Assembly (NCBI GenBank): GCA_964411255.1
Contig: CAYPKD010000002.1
Location: 162,141-226,140, forward strand
Origin: an uncultured Gammaproteobacteria bacterium
GTDB lineage: Bacteria > Patescibacteriota > Patescibacteriia > UBA11705 > DATKZF01
Length of the DNA: 64,000 nucleotides
Reading direction: 5' to 3'
The notes beneath the pieces are model-generated. The model was not told where the DNA came from, searched no databases, and was given only the letters and a program-made list of their open reading frames with translations. Shown one piece after another: positions 44,705-54,398 of this stretch. Position numbers and translations under genes: made by a program. The number at the start of each line of letters is the position of its first letter. Within the stretch, counting starts at the first letter, position 1.

Positions 44705-47182
44705 GTGCAATCCTCATCCAGAGTAATGGGAATTTTACTGATTATATTTAAAATTGCAAAACCAATAATAACTAAGTTGTGGAAAGTAATGCTAACTCTC
44801 GGGAAAACAGCCAAAGGAGTCGGCGCAACAAAAGCAGGACTTGGAGTGACTTCATTTGGAGTTTATTCGTTAATTTTCACCTGGGAATTTGCTGTTTGCA
44901 TTTTAGTTTTAATTGGCATTCATGAAATGGGCCATGTTTGGGCAATGAAGCGGTTTGGCATGCCAACCAAGGGATTTTACTTTATTCCATTTTTCGGTGG
45001 TGCTGCAGTGCCTGAAACTTCTTTTCCAACAGCCTACTCAGAAGGTTACATTGCTTTGATGGGTCCGATCTGGGGATTGTTTACCAGTTTTGGAACCTAT
45101 TTGATTTACATTGCAACTTCAAATCCTGTGTTTGAAGTGGCAGCCTGCTGGATGGCTTTTGTTAACTTGATCAATCTATTGCCGATTTATCCGTTTGACG
45201 GCGGCAGAGTATTGCATTCTTTTACCTATTCATATCCAATGACTCGTTCAGAAAAAATCATGATGGCCATATTTAGTTCAGCAGCAATTGCATTTTGTGT
45301 AGTAAATGGATATTGGTTGTTCGCTTTTTTTGGAGTGGTAGGATTTTTTGAGCTTGCTTCTGATTATAATAAATTTCATAGAATGAAAAAAAATCAGATT
45401 GAAATAGAAACTGGCGAAATTGAAGACATAATAAGGTATTTAAAAAGACTTTTAGGATTAAATGATTTTGCTGATATCAGCGAGATTCCTCAGGCAATTG
45501 ATAATATGAAAGAGTCTAAAGATTGGCAGGAATTTGAACAACTGAAAGGCCTAAGAGAGCAGTTTTCAACCTGGTATCAGGACTGGCAAGAAGTTTGGCA
45601 GGAAATGTTAAATGATATCGGGTGTCATGATAAGCTATATCAGAAGTTAACTGTGTGTTTGATTGATAAAGATCCAGTTAGCCTGATGAGAAAAATTATA
45701 GAGAAAGGTCAAAAGAGAATAAAAATCTTAGGAGATAGTTATGTGGTTAGTGCGACAGATATTTATGATATTGAACATAGTCATCAAGAAAAACTGTGTG
45801 ATATAGACGGTGATTTTTGGCAGAGCATAGCAGAGCTATGCGATCAGTTTAAGCGAATTTACAATCAGGCAGAACAAAATTTGAAAAGTCTTTATCCAAA
45901 GATGTCACAGTTTTTTAAAGCTGCTGAAGTAAACTCAAAGCAAAGGTTCGCTGGTTTTCCATATAAAGATAGTTGGTCTAATTTTGAAGTTATTATCGCT
46001 TATCTAAATTCTGATTCTGAGCGTATATTAATTCCTAAAGATACAAAAATACACGAACAAGACTTAGCCTGGTATCGACCAATAAGACAATACCATCTTG
46101 ATCAGATAAAGGAAATAAATGAAGTATATTTTACTTTTTTGATATTTGAGCCAGAAGAACTTGATAAAATTATCACTAGGTATAATGCTATTATAGCTAA
46201 TAATGAACAAGACAAGCCTGTTTTAAATATAATAGGTACAAAAATTAAGAAAATGATAGGAGATTCTGTTAAATTGCTTGGACTGAAAAAAAATGCAAAG
46301 ATAGGCGATATTTTCATCACAATTGACAATATGAAAAAGCAAGAAAAATGGAGAGAATTTGAAGAGATCAGGAAAATACGAAAGGATTTTTCATCCTGGT
46401 ATAAAAAGTGGAAAAAGTTTTGGAAACAAATGAAAAAGAATTTTGATTGCGGGATAAACAACGAATTTATTATTTGTATGCTGGAGGATGAGCCGGTTAA
46501 GCTGATTAAGCAAGTTTTGGATGATGGGAAAAGGGTAGTAAAAATATTAGATGCAGAATTTGGGATTGAAATTCATGGATATGGATTAGAAAGAGCAAAA
46601 GAAATGGAATGGGATAAGTATCATATCCCTGATAATTATTGGCAAAGGCTGGAAATTTTATGCAGCAAATTTAAAGAGATGTATGATCAGATGGAGTCTC
46701 AATTGAGCACTCTTTATCCAAAGATGAAAGATTTGTTCACCAAGCATGGAATAGAAAATAATATGAAGTTTAATGACTTCCCATCAAAAGATCCTTGGTA
46801 TAATTTTGAAGCGGTAATTTTGTACTTGGCTTCATCAAAATATCATCGTTTAATACCTCCGACGACAAGGATACATTTAGATGGTTGTGAAAGAAAGATA
46901 GAGCAACATAATATGCAACATGATGAATATAGTTTTGCACATCTAGATACAATAAACGAGACATTTTTCGCTTCATTATTTATAGCGCCCAGAGTACTTG
47001 ATAAATTAAAAGATAAATACGCTGTTATTGCAGATAATAGTGAAATCAGATTATCATTTAAGCAAAAAGCGATCGTGTTTGGAGGATATGTAATTTTATT
47101 AATTGTATTGTTCACTTTAATGTATGTGACCGGGGGTAGTGATGCTGCCCGAGGAGCTGTTTCGTTCTTTAAAGAATTTTAA
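44705..47182 (+). CDS. Site-2 protease (M50) with a large duplicated soluble insert
   Basis: HEMGH and NLLPIYPFDGG motifs; two internal repeats of about 270 aa. Confidence 0.88.
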   Translation: MQSSSRVMGILLIIFKIAKPIITKLWKVMLTLGKTAKGVGATKAGLGVTSFGVYSLIFTWEFAVCILVLIGIHEMGHVWAMKRFGMPTKGFYFIPFFGGAAVPETSFPTAYSEGYIALMGPIWGLFTSFGTYLIYIATSNPVFEVAACWMAFVNLINLLPIYPFDGGRVLHSFTYSYPMTRSEKIMMAIFSSAAIAFCVVNGYWLFAFFGVVGFFELASDYNKFHRMKKNQIEIETGEIEDIIRYLKRLLGLNDFADISEIPQAIDNMKESKDWQEFEQLKGLREQFSTWYQDWQEVWQEMLNDIGCHDKLYQKLTVCLIDKDPVSLMRKIIEKGQKRIKILGDSYVVSATDIYDIEHSHQEKLCDIDGDFWQSIAELCDQFKRIYNQAEQNLKSLYPKMSQFFKAAEVNSKQRFAGFPYKDSWSNFEVIIAYLNSDSERILIPKDTKIHEQDLAWYRPIRQYHLDQIKEINEVYFTFLIFEPEELDKIITRYNAIIANNEQDKPVLNIIGTKIKKMIGDSVKLLGLKKNAKIGDIFITIDNMKKQEKWREFEEIRKIRKDFSSWYKKWKKFWKQMKKNFDCGINNEFIICMLEDEPVKLIKQVLDDGKRVVKILDAEFGIEIHGYGLERAKEMEWDKYHIPDNYWQRLEILCSKFKEMYDQMESQLSTLYPKMKDLFTKHGIENNMKFNDFPSKDPWYNFEAVILYLASSKYHRLIPPTTRIHLDGCERKIEQHNMQHDEYSFAHLDTINETFFASLFIAPRVLDKLKDKYAVIADNSEIRLSFKQKAIVFGGYVILLIVLFTLMYVTGGSDAARGAVSFFKEF

Positions 47183-47246
47183 GCAGATACCAATGTATCT
47201 GTTTTTTTAATTGAAAAAAGCTTAAATTTTGTTATAATACACTCAT

Positions 47247-47921
47247 ATGAAATCAGGAAATTTATATATTGTGGCTACGCCAATTGGTAATTTGAAAGAT
47301 ATTACTTTTCGGGCTATTGAAACTTTCAAACAAGTTGATTTAATTGTCTGCGAAGATACTCGGCAGACCAGAAAGCTTTTGGATCATTATAAAATTAAAA
47401 AGCAGGTTTTAAGTTTTCATCAGCATTCAAATGAGAAAAAACTTCAAAGCCTGATTGATAAACTGAAAAAAGGGCAGGGCATAGCTTATGTGAGTGATGC
47501 TGGCACTCCAAATGTTTCTGATCCAGGTGGTAAATTGGTTGAATTGGCATTTAATGAAGGAATAAAAACTATTCCCATTCCAGGACCTTCAGCTTTGACA
47601 ACACTAATCAGCGTCAGCGGTATTCCAATGGATGAGTTTTGCTTTTTAGGATTTATTCCCCATAAAAAAGGCAGGCAGAAATTTTTAAAAAAAATACAGG
47701 AATCAAAAGTCCCAGTTGTGTTTTTTGAATCAAAGCACCGTATAAAAAAGACATTAGTAGCATTAAGTGATTTAATTCCTGAGAGAAATATTATTATTGG
47801 CAGGGAATTGACAAAGATGTTTGAAACAATTTATAAAGGAAATGTAAAAACAATAAATACTGAATTTGAAAGTACTGGAAATTTAAAAGGTGAATTTGTA
47901 ATTATTATAAACAACAAGTAA
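47247..47921 (+). CDS. rsmI: 16S rRNA (cytidine1402-2'-O)-methyltransferase
   Basis: ATPIGNL.DIT.RA, CEDTR, SDAGTP.VSDPG, RELTK.FE. Confidence 0.95.
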   Translation: MKSGNLYIVATPIGNLKDITFRAIETFKQVDLIVCEDTRQTRKLLDHYKIKKQVLSFHQHSNEKKLQSLIDKLKKGQGIAYVSDAGTPNVSDPGGKLVELAFNEGIKTIPIPGPSALTTLISVSGIPMDEFCFLGFIPHKKGRQKFLKKIQESKVPVVFFESKHRIKKTLVALSDLIPERNIIIGRELTKMFETIYKGNVKTINTEFESTGNLKGEFVIIINNK

Positions 47922-47927
47922 TTTTTT

Positions 47928-48096
47928 AAAAGAGAGAAGCCCTAGACGAGGTCTAGGGCTTCAGAAAGTGAATGCGCCGCTTCTTGCAAGAGAAGGAGGG
48001 GGAAACCCCTGGCTGACAAGACTCTCAAAACGTGAGCATAATATCAATTTTTGGCTCAGCTTGGGGGTCTTGCAATTGGGGCTTCATCCACTTCCA
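47928..48096 (-). ncRNA. Candidate structured small RNA between rsmI and metG
   Basis: TTGACA(48130-48125)-17-TATGAT; nested stems; 12-bp hairpin 47936-47962. Confidence 0.55.
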
Positions 48097-48153
48097 TTTT
48101 TATCATAAGCTAATTATTCATAATTGTCAAGTATTAAGGTAAATTAGGAAAAT

Positions 48154-49695
48154 ATGAAGAAATTTTATATAACAACACCAATTTATTATGTAAATGACCA
48201 GCCTCATATTGGTCATGCGTACACTACAGCAATTTCTGACAGCTTAGCCAGATATTATCGCCTCAAGCTGGGTGCGGATAATGTTTGGTTTTTAACCGGA
48301 ACAGATGAGCATGGAGCAAAGGTAGAACAGGCAGCAAATAAAAATCAACAAAAACCCCAGGAATTTTGTAATCAGGTTTCTGCGAAATTTCAAATATCTT
48401 GGGATAGTTTGAACGTTTCCAATAATGATTTTCTGCGAACGACAGAAAAAAGGCATGAGGATTCTGTGAAAAATATTTTACTAAAGCTAAAAGATTTGAA
48501 AACACCAAAAGGAAATGACATTTTTTTTGAAAAGGATTATGAAGGCTTATATTGTGTTGGCTGTGAAGCATATGTAAAAGAAGATGATCTGGTTGACGGA
48601 CTATGTCCAGATCATATGAAAAAGCCAGAATTGGTCAAGGAGAAAAACTGGTTTTTCAGACTTTCAGATTATGAAGATATTTTGAAAGAACAGATAGAGA
48701 AAAATATATTAATGGTCGAGCCAAAAAAAAGACAAAATGAAGTTCTTGGTTTGCTTGATCAAGGTCTGGAAGATATTGCTATTAGTCGAACAAAAGTAGA
48801 ATGGGGAATCAGAGTGCCATGGGATGAAAAACAAACCGTTTATGTTTGGGTTGAAGCTTTAATGAATTATATAACCTCACTTGGGTATTTATCAGATGAT
48901 GAGAAAAAATTAGATAAATTTTGGCCAGCTGATTTACAGGTAATTGGAAAAGATATATTAAAATTTCATGCAGTAATATGGCCAGCATTGCTTATAACCC
49001 TGGGCTTAAAAATACCAGATAAAATATTTGCTCACGGTTATTTCACTATTGATGGAAAAAAAATGAGTAAAACCTTGGGTAATGCTATTGATCCTAATGA
49101 TTTGATTGATAAATTTGGATCAGAAGGCGCCAGATATCTGATTATGTCACAGTTTCCATTTGGGGAAGATGGAGATATCAAAGCAGATTTATTTGAGGAA
49201 AAATTTAATGCAGATCTGGCAAATGGAATTGGAAATCTAGTCAGCAGGATTTTAAGCATGAATGAAAAGTATTTTGATAATGTTATTCCAGAAGCATCAC
49301 AAAATGAGGATATATTTAAAATCAAAAAGGTTTGGAAAAGTTTTACGTCAAAATTTGAGCAATTGAAGATCTTTGAGGCAATTAAAGATATTAATGCCTT
49401 AACTCAAAAAATTGATAAATATATTGCAGATAATAAGCCTTGGGATCTGGCGAAAGATAAAGGTAATGAAAAGAAATTATCTCAAATCGTTTATAATCTT
49501 TGTGAAGGGACTAGACATTTGGCTTGGATGATTTATCCAATACTTCCTGAAACTTCTATGAAAATATTTAAAAAATTAAATCTTCAAAAAGAATTGCAGG
49601 AAATAAAGTTTGAAAAAGCTCAAAAGTGGGGCTTGCTTAAGTCTGGGACAAAAATTGAAAAAGGCGAAGCTTTGTTTCCTCGTATTGAAAAATAA
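48154..49695 (+). CDS. metG: Methionine--tRNA ligase
   Basis: TTPIYYVN, HIGH, GTDEHG, KMSKT, LFPRI. Confidence 0.97.
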   Translation: MKKFYITTPIYYVNDQPHIGHAYTTAISDSLARYYRLKLGADNVWFLTGTDEHGAKVEQAANKNQQKPQEFCNQVSAKFQISWDSLNVSNNDFLRTTEKRHEDSVKNILLKLKDLKTPKGNDIFFEKDYEGLYCVGCEAYVKEDDLVDGLCPDHMKKPELVKEKNWFFRLSDYEDILKEQIEKNILMVEPKKRQNEVLGLLDQGLEDIAISRTKVEWGIRVPWDEKQTVYVWVEALMNYITSLGYLSDDEKKLDKFWPADLQVIGKDILKFHAVIWPALLITLGLKIPDKIFAHGYFTIDGKKMSKTLGNAIDPNDLIDKFGSEGARYLIMSQFPFGEDGDIKADLFEEKFNADLANGIGNLVSRILSMNEKYFDNVIPEASQNEDIFKIKKVWKSFTSKFEQLKIFEAIKDINALTQKIDKYIADNKPWDLAKDKGNEKKLSQIVYNLCEGTRHLAWMIYPILPETSMKIFKKLNLQKELQEIKFEKAQKWGLLKSGTKIEKGEALFPRIEK

Positions 49696-49740
49696 CTTCA
49701 TAACTTCATAACTTTTTAACATCATAACAAAAATAAACAT

Positions 49741-50235
49741 ATGATTTTAGACTTAATTTTAATTGCCCTATTAGTATGTTTTGTCATTGGCGGCTATAAA
49801 AAAGGCCTAATCAAAAGTTTAGGTTCTTTATTAGGTTTTATTTTAACTATTTTATTAGTGAGCTGGTTTTATCCCTGGCTGATGACTAAAGCAGATACTT
49901 TTTGGGGGAAGGTTATTGTATTTGTTATTGCCCTGATTATTATTTCTGCATTAATTAGTTTAGCTATCTGGATAGTTGAAAAAATATTTAAAATTTTTTC
50001 ATTTATCCCTGGCTCAAAGATTTTGAATAAATTTTTAGGAGCTGGCATTGGTTTGATCAGTGGGCTTTTAATGACCTCATTTTTGGTTTGGATGATCATA
50101 AAGCTGTCGGTTATCAGTCCTTGGCTTATAAATCAGATTGACAGCTCATACTTGGTGGGGCCAATGTTGGCCATTGCTTACATTTGGATTCCAATAGTGC
50201 CAAAGGTTTATCGGGAAGTAAAAAATAATTTATGA
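49741..50235 (+). CDS. cvpA: CvpA family protein
   Basis: D......G..KGLI, N..LGA..G, four TM helices. Confidence 0.85.
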   Translation: MILDLILIALLVCFVIGGYKKGLIKSLGSLLGFILTILLVSWFYPWLMTKADTFWGKVIVFVIALIIISALISLAIWIVEKIFKIFSFIPGSKILNKFLGAGIGLISGLLMTSFLVWMIIKLSVISPWLINQIDSSYLVGPMLAIAYIWIPIVPKVYREVKNNL

Positions 50236-51080
50236 TAGTTGATACACATTGTCATTTGAATTTTCAGGCATTTGATAAGGATAGAGATGAGGTATTGGAA
50301 AGAGCTGATAAAAGTGGTGTTGCTATGATTGTTGTTGGGGCAAATTTTAAATCAAGCATGAAAGCTGTGGAAATTGCCAATCAAAATAAAAACGTATTTT
50401 CTTCAATCGGTTTGCACCCGACCCATTTAATAGAACAGATGTTTGAAGAAGAGGGAAGTAAAATCAGGAGCAAGGCTGAAAAATTTGATTTTAGCGCTTA
50501 TGAAGAGTTGGCGTTAAATACTGACGTAAAGGCGATCGGAGAGTGCGGTATTGATTATTATCATATAAATCCTGATGTGCCAATAGAAGAACAAAAAGAT
50601 TTGCAAAAAAAAGTAATGCTTGAGCATATTGATTTGGCCAGTAAGCAAAATCTTCCATTAATATTGCATTGCCGGGATGGAAAAGGATTTTCAAAAGAAG
50701 CATACAATGATTTATTGGAAATAATTATAGAGAGTAAAAAAAAGGTACATGGCGTGCTTCATTGTTTTTCTTCAGACTGGGAAACAGCGGAAAAATTTTT
50801 GGATTTGGGCTTTTATTTGGGTTTTACCGGAATAATAACCTATACCCAATCGTTGGATATGCTTGATGTAGTGAGGAGAACACCTAAAGATAAAATTTTA
50901 TCAGAAACTGATTGCCCATATCTAACTCCAATCCCATACCAAGGCAAGAGAAATGAGCCAATTTATGTTGAATATGTGATTAAAAAAATCGCTGATATTA
51001 GGGAGATTGATTATAAAACTGCTGCCAAACTTACTTTAAGAAATGCCAAGAGGTTGTTTAATCTGGAGATTGGGAATTGA
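50232..51080 (+). CDS. tatD: TatD family hydrolase
   Basis: DTHCH, GLHP, IGECGID, HCR, HCF, ETDCPYL. Confidence 0.95.
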   Translation: MIVDTHCHLNFQAFDKDRDEVLERADKSGVAMIVVGANFKSSMKAVEIANQNKNVFSSIGLHPTHLIEQMFEEEGSKIRSKAEKFDFSAYEELALNTDVKAIGECGIDYYHINPDVPIEEQKDLQKKVMLEHIDLASKQNLPLILHCRDGKGFSKEAYNDLLEIIIESKKKVHGVLHCFSSDWETAEKFLDLGFYLGFTGIITYTQSLDMLDVVRRTPKDKILSETDCPYLTPIPYQGKRNEPIYVEYVIKKIADIREIDYKTAAKLTLRNAKRLFNLEIGN

Positions 51081-51098
51081 ATGAGTTGATTTATTCAC

Positions 51099-51157
51099 TT
51101 GACCAAAGTTTATTATTTCGCTAAAATATAGATGCTTTTATCACTAATTGTGGATAA
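51099..51157 (+). promoter_or_regulatory. atp operon promoter with downstream DnaA box
   Basis: TTGACC-17-TAAAAT; TGTGGATAA at 51149-51157. Confidence 0.55.
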
Positions 51158-51183
51158 AATTTATTTTTTTAAAAAACAATCGA

Positions 51184-51456
51184 ATGGAAAAAACAAAAAA
51201 ACAAAAACCATGGGTTAGCTCTCTGAGCCTAGCGTTTCAATTGGGCTATACTATTGCAATTCCATTAGTAGTATTAGCTTTATTGGGCAGATTTTTAGAT
51301 AAAAAGTTTGATACGTCTCCATGGCTACTTTTAGCTGGAATATTGCTTTCTTTAATGATCACCAGCTGGATGATTTATATAAAAATTTCAAAAATAATAG
51401 CAGATTTAGGTAAGTGTGAAAAAAAAGTAGACAAGTTGAAAGAGGGGGAAAAATAG
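51184..51456 (+). CDS. atpI: AtpZ/AtpI family protein
   Basis: G..LD..F.T.P motif; first gene of atp operon. Confidence 0.85.
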   Translation: MEKTKKQKPWVSSLSLAFQLGYTIAIPLVVLALLGRFLDKKFDTSPWLLLAGILLSLMITSWMIYIKISKIIADLGKCEKKVDKLKEGEK

Positions 51457-51537
51457 GTCTACGAATCTACAAATTGTCTACTAAAACTATAAATAATAGA
51501 TTTTGTAGGATTTGTATGAGATTCATAATTTAGTAGT

Positions 51538-52284
51538 ATGGAAATTTCTCTAGCCGCTGAACCAATTTTTCATATAGGAGGATTTGAAGTGACTAATTCA
51601 TTATTAACCGCCTGGATTGTGGTGGCTTTTTTAGTTATTGTGTCAATTGCTTTGAAAAAGAAAATAAAGAAAGTGCCTAAAGGACTCCAAAATTTTGTCG
51701 AAGCAATGTTTGAAAGTTTTTTGAAAATTATGGATAGCGTATCTGGCAGTCGAAAACAGAGTATTAAATTTTTTCCAATAGTAGTAACCATATTTTTATT
51801 TGTAATTTTTAACAATTGGATTGGTCTGATCCCGGGTGTCGGCACTATTGGCTTTAATGAAGTCCATAATGGCCATGAGGTTTTTGTGCCTCTTTTCCGA
51901 GCAGGCAGCGCCGATTTGAATTTCACCCTGGCAGTGGCGATAATTGCAGTAGCCTCGACTCATTTCTTTGGTATTGTGGCTCTTGGTTTTGCAAAGCACA
52001 TGAAAAAATTTATAGATTTGAAAAAATTATACAAGGATCCAGTAATGTTTTTTGTTGGCATTTTAGAAATTATCGGAGAAATCGCAAAAACCGTGTCATT
52101 TTCTTTTCGTTTATTTGGAAACATATTTGCCGGAGAAGTTTTGTTAACTGTAGTTGCAATACTAGTACCGTATGTAGCGCCATTGCCATTTTTGTTTTTA
52201 GAAGTTTTTGTTGGTTTGATTCAGGCAGCTGTTTTTGCCATGCTAACTTTGGTGTTTTTAAGTTTGCAGACGTCAGAACATTAA
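51538..52284 (+). CDS. atpB: ATP synthase subunit a
   Basis: SFRLFGNIFAGE, IQA.VF..L. Confidence 0.97.
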   Translation: MEISLAAEPIFHIGGFEVTNSLLTAWIVVAFLVIVSIALKKKIKKVPKGLQNFVEAMFESFLKIMDSVSGSRKQSIKFFPIVVTIFLFVIFNNWIGLIPGVGTIGFNEVHNGHEVFVPLFRAGSADLNFTLAVAIIAVASTHFFGIVALGFAKHMKKFIDLKKLYKDPVMFFVGILEIIGEIAKTVSFSFRLFGNIFAGEVLLTVVAILVPYVAPLPFLFLEVFVGLIQAAVFAMLTLVFLSLQTSEH

Positions 52285-52503
52285 ATCTTACAATCGGTAA
52301 TTAATAATTGGTAATTTGGAAATAGCAATCCTGCATACAAATTACAAGTTATTAATTACTAATCAAGGATAACATCCGACTCTAAACAATAAAAAAAATA
52401 AGTCGAGAAAAAGTTATCCTTAGTTGCGAATTTACAAATTTTATACAACATTTATATTATTTTGTATGTAATCTTGTAATTTCGTAACCTAAATTCGTAA
52501 TAT

Positions 52504-52731
52504 ATGGAATTAGAAGCTGTAAAATCAATTGCTGCTGGATTGGCAATCGCTGTTGGCGGTTTTGGCCCAGCTTTAGCAATTGGCAAAATCGGAGAAAAGG
52601 CATTGGATTCAATCGGTAGAAATCCAGAATCAGCATCAAAGATCCAAGCTCCAATGATTATTGGGATAGCTTTTGCTGAAGCGGTAGCTATTTATGCATT
52701 GGTAATCGCATTGATTGTAAAATTCGTCTAG
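52504..52731 (+). CDS. atpE: ATP synthase subunit c
   Basis: RNP loop, FAEA.AIY. Confidence 0.97.
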   Translation: MELEAVKSIAAGLAIAVGGFGPALAIGKIGEKALDSIGRNPESASKIQAPMIIGIAFAEAVAIYALVIALIVKFV

Positions 52732-53310
52732 ATGGCGCTAGAAGGCGAAATATGGCGTAAGAAGTGAGAAAAGAGATAGAAGGCGAAGCCAAATATTGAA
52801 AACTTCTTACGCCCCTTACGTATTTTAGTCGTTTAACCTAAATAAGAACGAATATGTCAAAGGAGGCAAAAAGTGGTGTTAGACATAAGAATATGATTGT
52901 CTGGCAAATGGCAGACAAGTTGGATAAATATATTCAAAAAGTAATTTTAAAGAAAATACCACGATATGAATATAAGATAAGGACACAAATTGATAGTGCT
53001 TCAGATTCAATAAGTGCAAATTTTGTTGAAGGATATTATAGTGGATCACTCAATGAATATATACGATTTTGTAAGTATAGTAGAAGGTCTATTGGAGAAC
53101 TGCATGATAGAGTGGAAAGAACACTAAGAAAAGAATATATAGCTCAAGATGAATTTAATAAATTTGAGGATATCTCAATAAAAACCGGATTTCTTTTTGA
53201 TAGATTACTTAATTCACTTAATAACAAAAAGGAAAGAGAGGAAAAATAGTTGGTAGCGTTTTCTTTGCCTTATATCACCTCTAGCGCCCTCTTACGTCCT
53301 CTTTCGCCTT
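52729..53310. mobile_element. Putative cassette: four-helix-bundle gene enclosed by inverted 10-mer degenerate repeats
   Basis: (TAGAAGGCGn)n at 52729-52788 and reverse-complement units at 53261-53310. Confidence 0.5.
52854..53249 (+). CDS. Four helix bundle protein (23S rRNA IVP / bAvd-like family)
   Basis: VWQ.A, P..E.....Q...A..S..AN..EG, S..E motifs. Confidence 0.88.
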   Translation: MSKEAKSGVRHKNMIVWQMADKLDKYIQKVILKKIPRYEYKIRTQIDSASDSISANFVEGYYSGSLNEYIRFCKYSRRSIGELHDRVERTLRKEYIAQDEFNKFEDISIKTGFLFDRLLNSLNNKKEREEK

Positions 53311-53320
53311 ATAAAAAAAT

Positions 53321-53830
53321 ATGGAAGAATTATTTCATAAGCTTGGCATTAATTGGAAGCTTTTAATTGCTCAGGCAATAAATTTCACCATTGTTTTAAT
53401 TGTACTTCACCGATTTGTCTATAAACCTTTGCTTAAGATGCTGAAGGACAGACAAAAAAAGATTGACCAGAGTTTAAAAGATGCGGAAAAGGTTGAAGAA
53501 AATTTGAAAAAATCAAAAATTGAAAGGGAAAACCAGGTTGCCCTAGGAAGAAAAGAAGCTGAAAAGATAATCGAAAGTACAAATAAAACAGCAGACGAAA
53601 TTAAAAAACAAAAGGTAAGTGAAGCAAAGGATGAATCAGCGGCTGTTATAAAAGAGGCAAAAGAAAAGATTCAAATGGAAAGGGGCCAAATGATAGAAGA
53701 TGTTAAGGCTGAGTTGGGAGAATTAGTTCTTTTAGCATCGAAAAAAGTGACCAAGGATTCGGTTGATAAAGCTACTCACCAAAAGTTGATTGATGAAGCT
53801 ATTATTGATTTGCGAAAAGCAAAGATTTAA
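53321..53830 (+). CDS. atpF: ATP synthase subunit b
   Basis: Q.INF, KP....L..R, coiled coil. Confidence 0.95.
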   Translation: MEELFHKLGINWKLLIAQAINFTIVLIVLHRFVYKPLLKMLKDRQKKIDQSLKDAEKVEENLKKSKIERENQVALGRKEAEKIIESTNKTADEIKKQKVSEAKDESAAVIKEAKEKIQMERGQMIEDVKAELGELVLLASKKVTKDSVDKATHQKLIDEAIIDLRKAKI

Positions 53831-53849
53831 AGCCATAAGTAAATTTAGT

Positions 53850-54389
53850 ATGCCAATCAGAAATATAAAACATTATTCAAAGGCATTATTGGATCTTGGC
53901 AGGCAATATGATATTTTAGATGAAATATTAGCAGACATAGAAGATGTTGCGGAAAAGCTAAATGCCAATCTTGATTTAAAAAAATATTTGCTCGACCCAC
54001 AGATCAAAATGTCAAAGAAAAAGCAAGCACTAAAGGCTGTGTTTCAGGATTTTATTTCTGAGAAAACGTATAATTTTTTATTTATTTTAATTAAAGACAA
54101 AACAATAGCATATCTGGACCAAATAATCGGAGACGTTCATAAGAAAAGAAAAGATGAAGAAGATGTGCTAGAGGCCATTGTAGAGTCTGTTGTACCTGTA
54201 GAAAGTAAGGAAGAGGATATTATAAAAAAGACATTGGCTGAAAAAACGAATAAAAGAATTTTAATAAAGAATCTAATTGAACCAAAATTGATTGGCGGTC
54301 TGAAAATTACTATTGGAGATATGGTGATAGACAGTTCCGTTCAGGGAAAATTAGACAGATTGAGAAATATAATAAGAAAATTAAATTAA
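53850..54389 (+). CDS. atpH: ATP synthase subunit delta
   Basis: YSKAL, LIGG..I.IGD.VID.S. Confidence 0.93.
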   Translation: MPIRNIKHYSKALLDLGRQYDILDEILADIEDVAEKLNANLDLKKYLLDPQIKMSKKKQALKAVFQDFISEKTYNFLFILIKDKTIAYLDQIIGDVHKKRKDEEDVLEAIVESVVPVESKEEDIIKKTLAEKTNKRILIKNLIEPKLIGGLKITIGDMVIDSSVQGKLDRLRNIIRKLN

Positions 54390-54398
54390 TAGAAATAT

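Noticed and set aside
47922-48153. T-box or SAM riboswitch for metG
   Set aside because: No T-box (TGGNACC) or SAM-I core recognised; promoter and U-tract point to the minus strand.
52504-52731. Na+-coupled ATP synthase
   Set aside because: Subunit c has EA rather than the ES/T sodium signature and lacks the helix-1 Gln; proton type is more likely.
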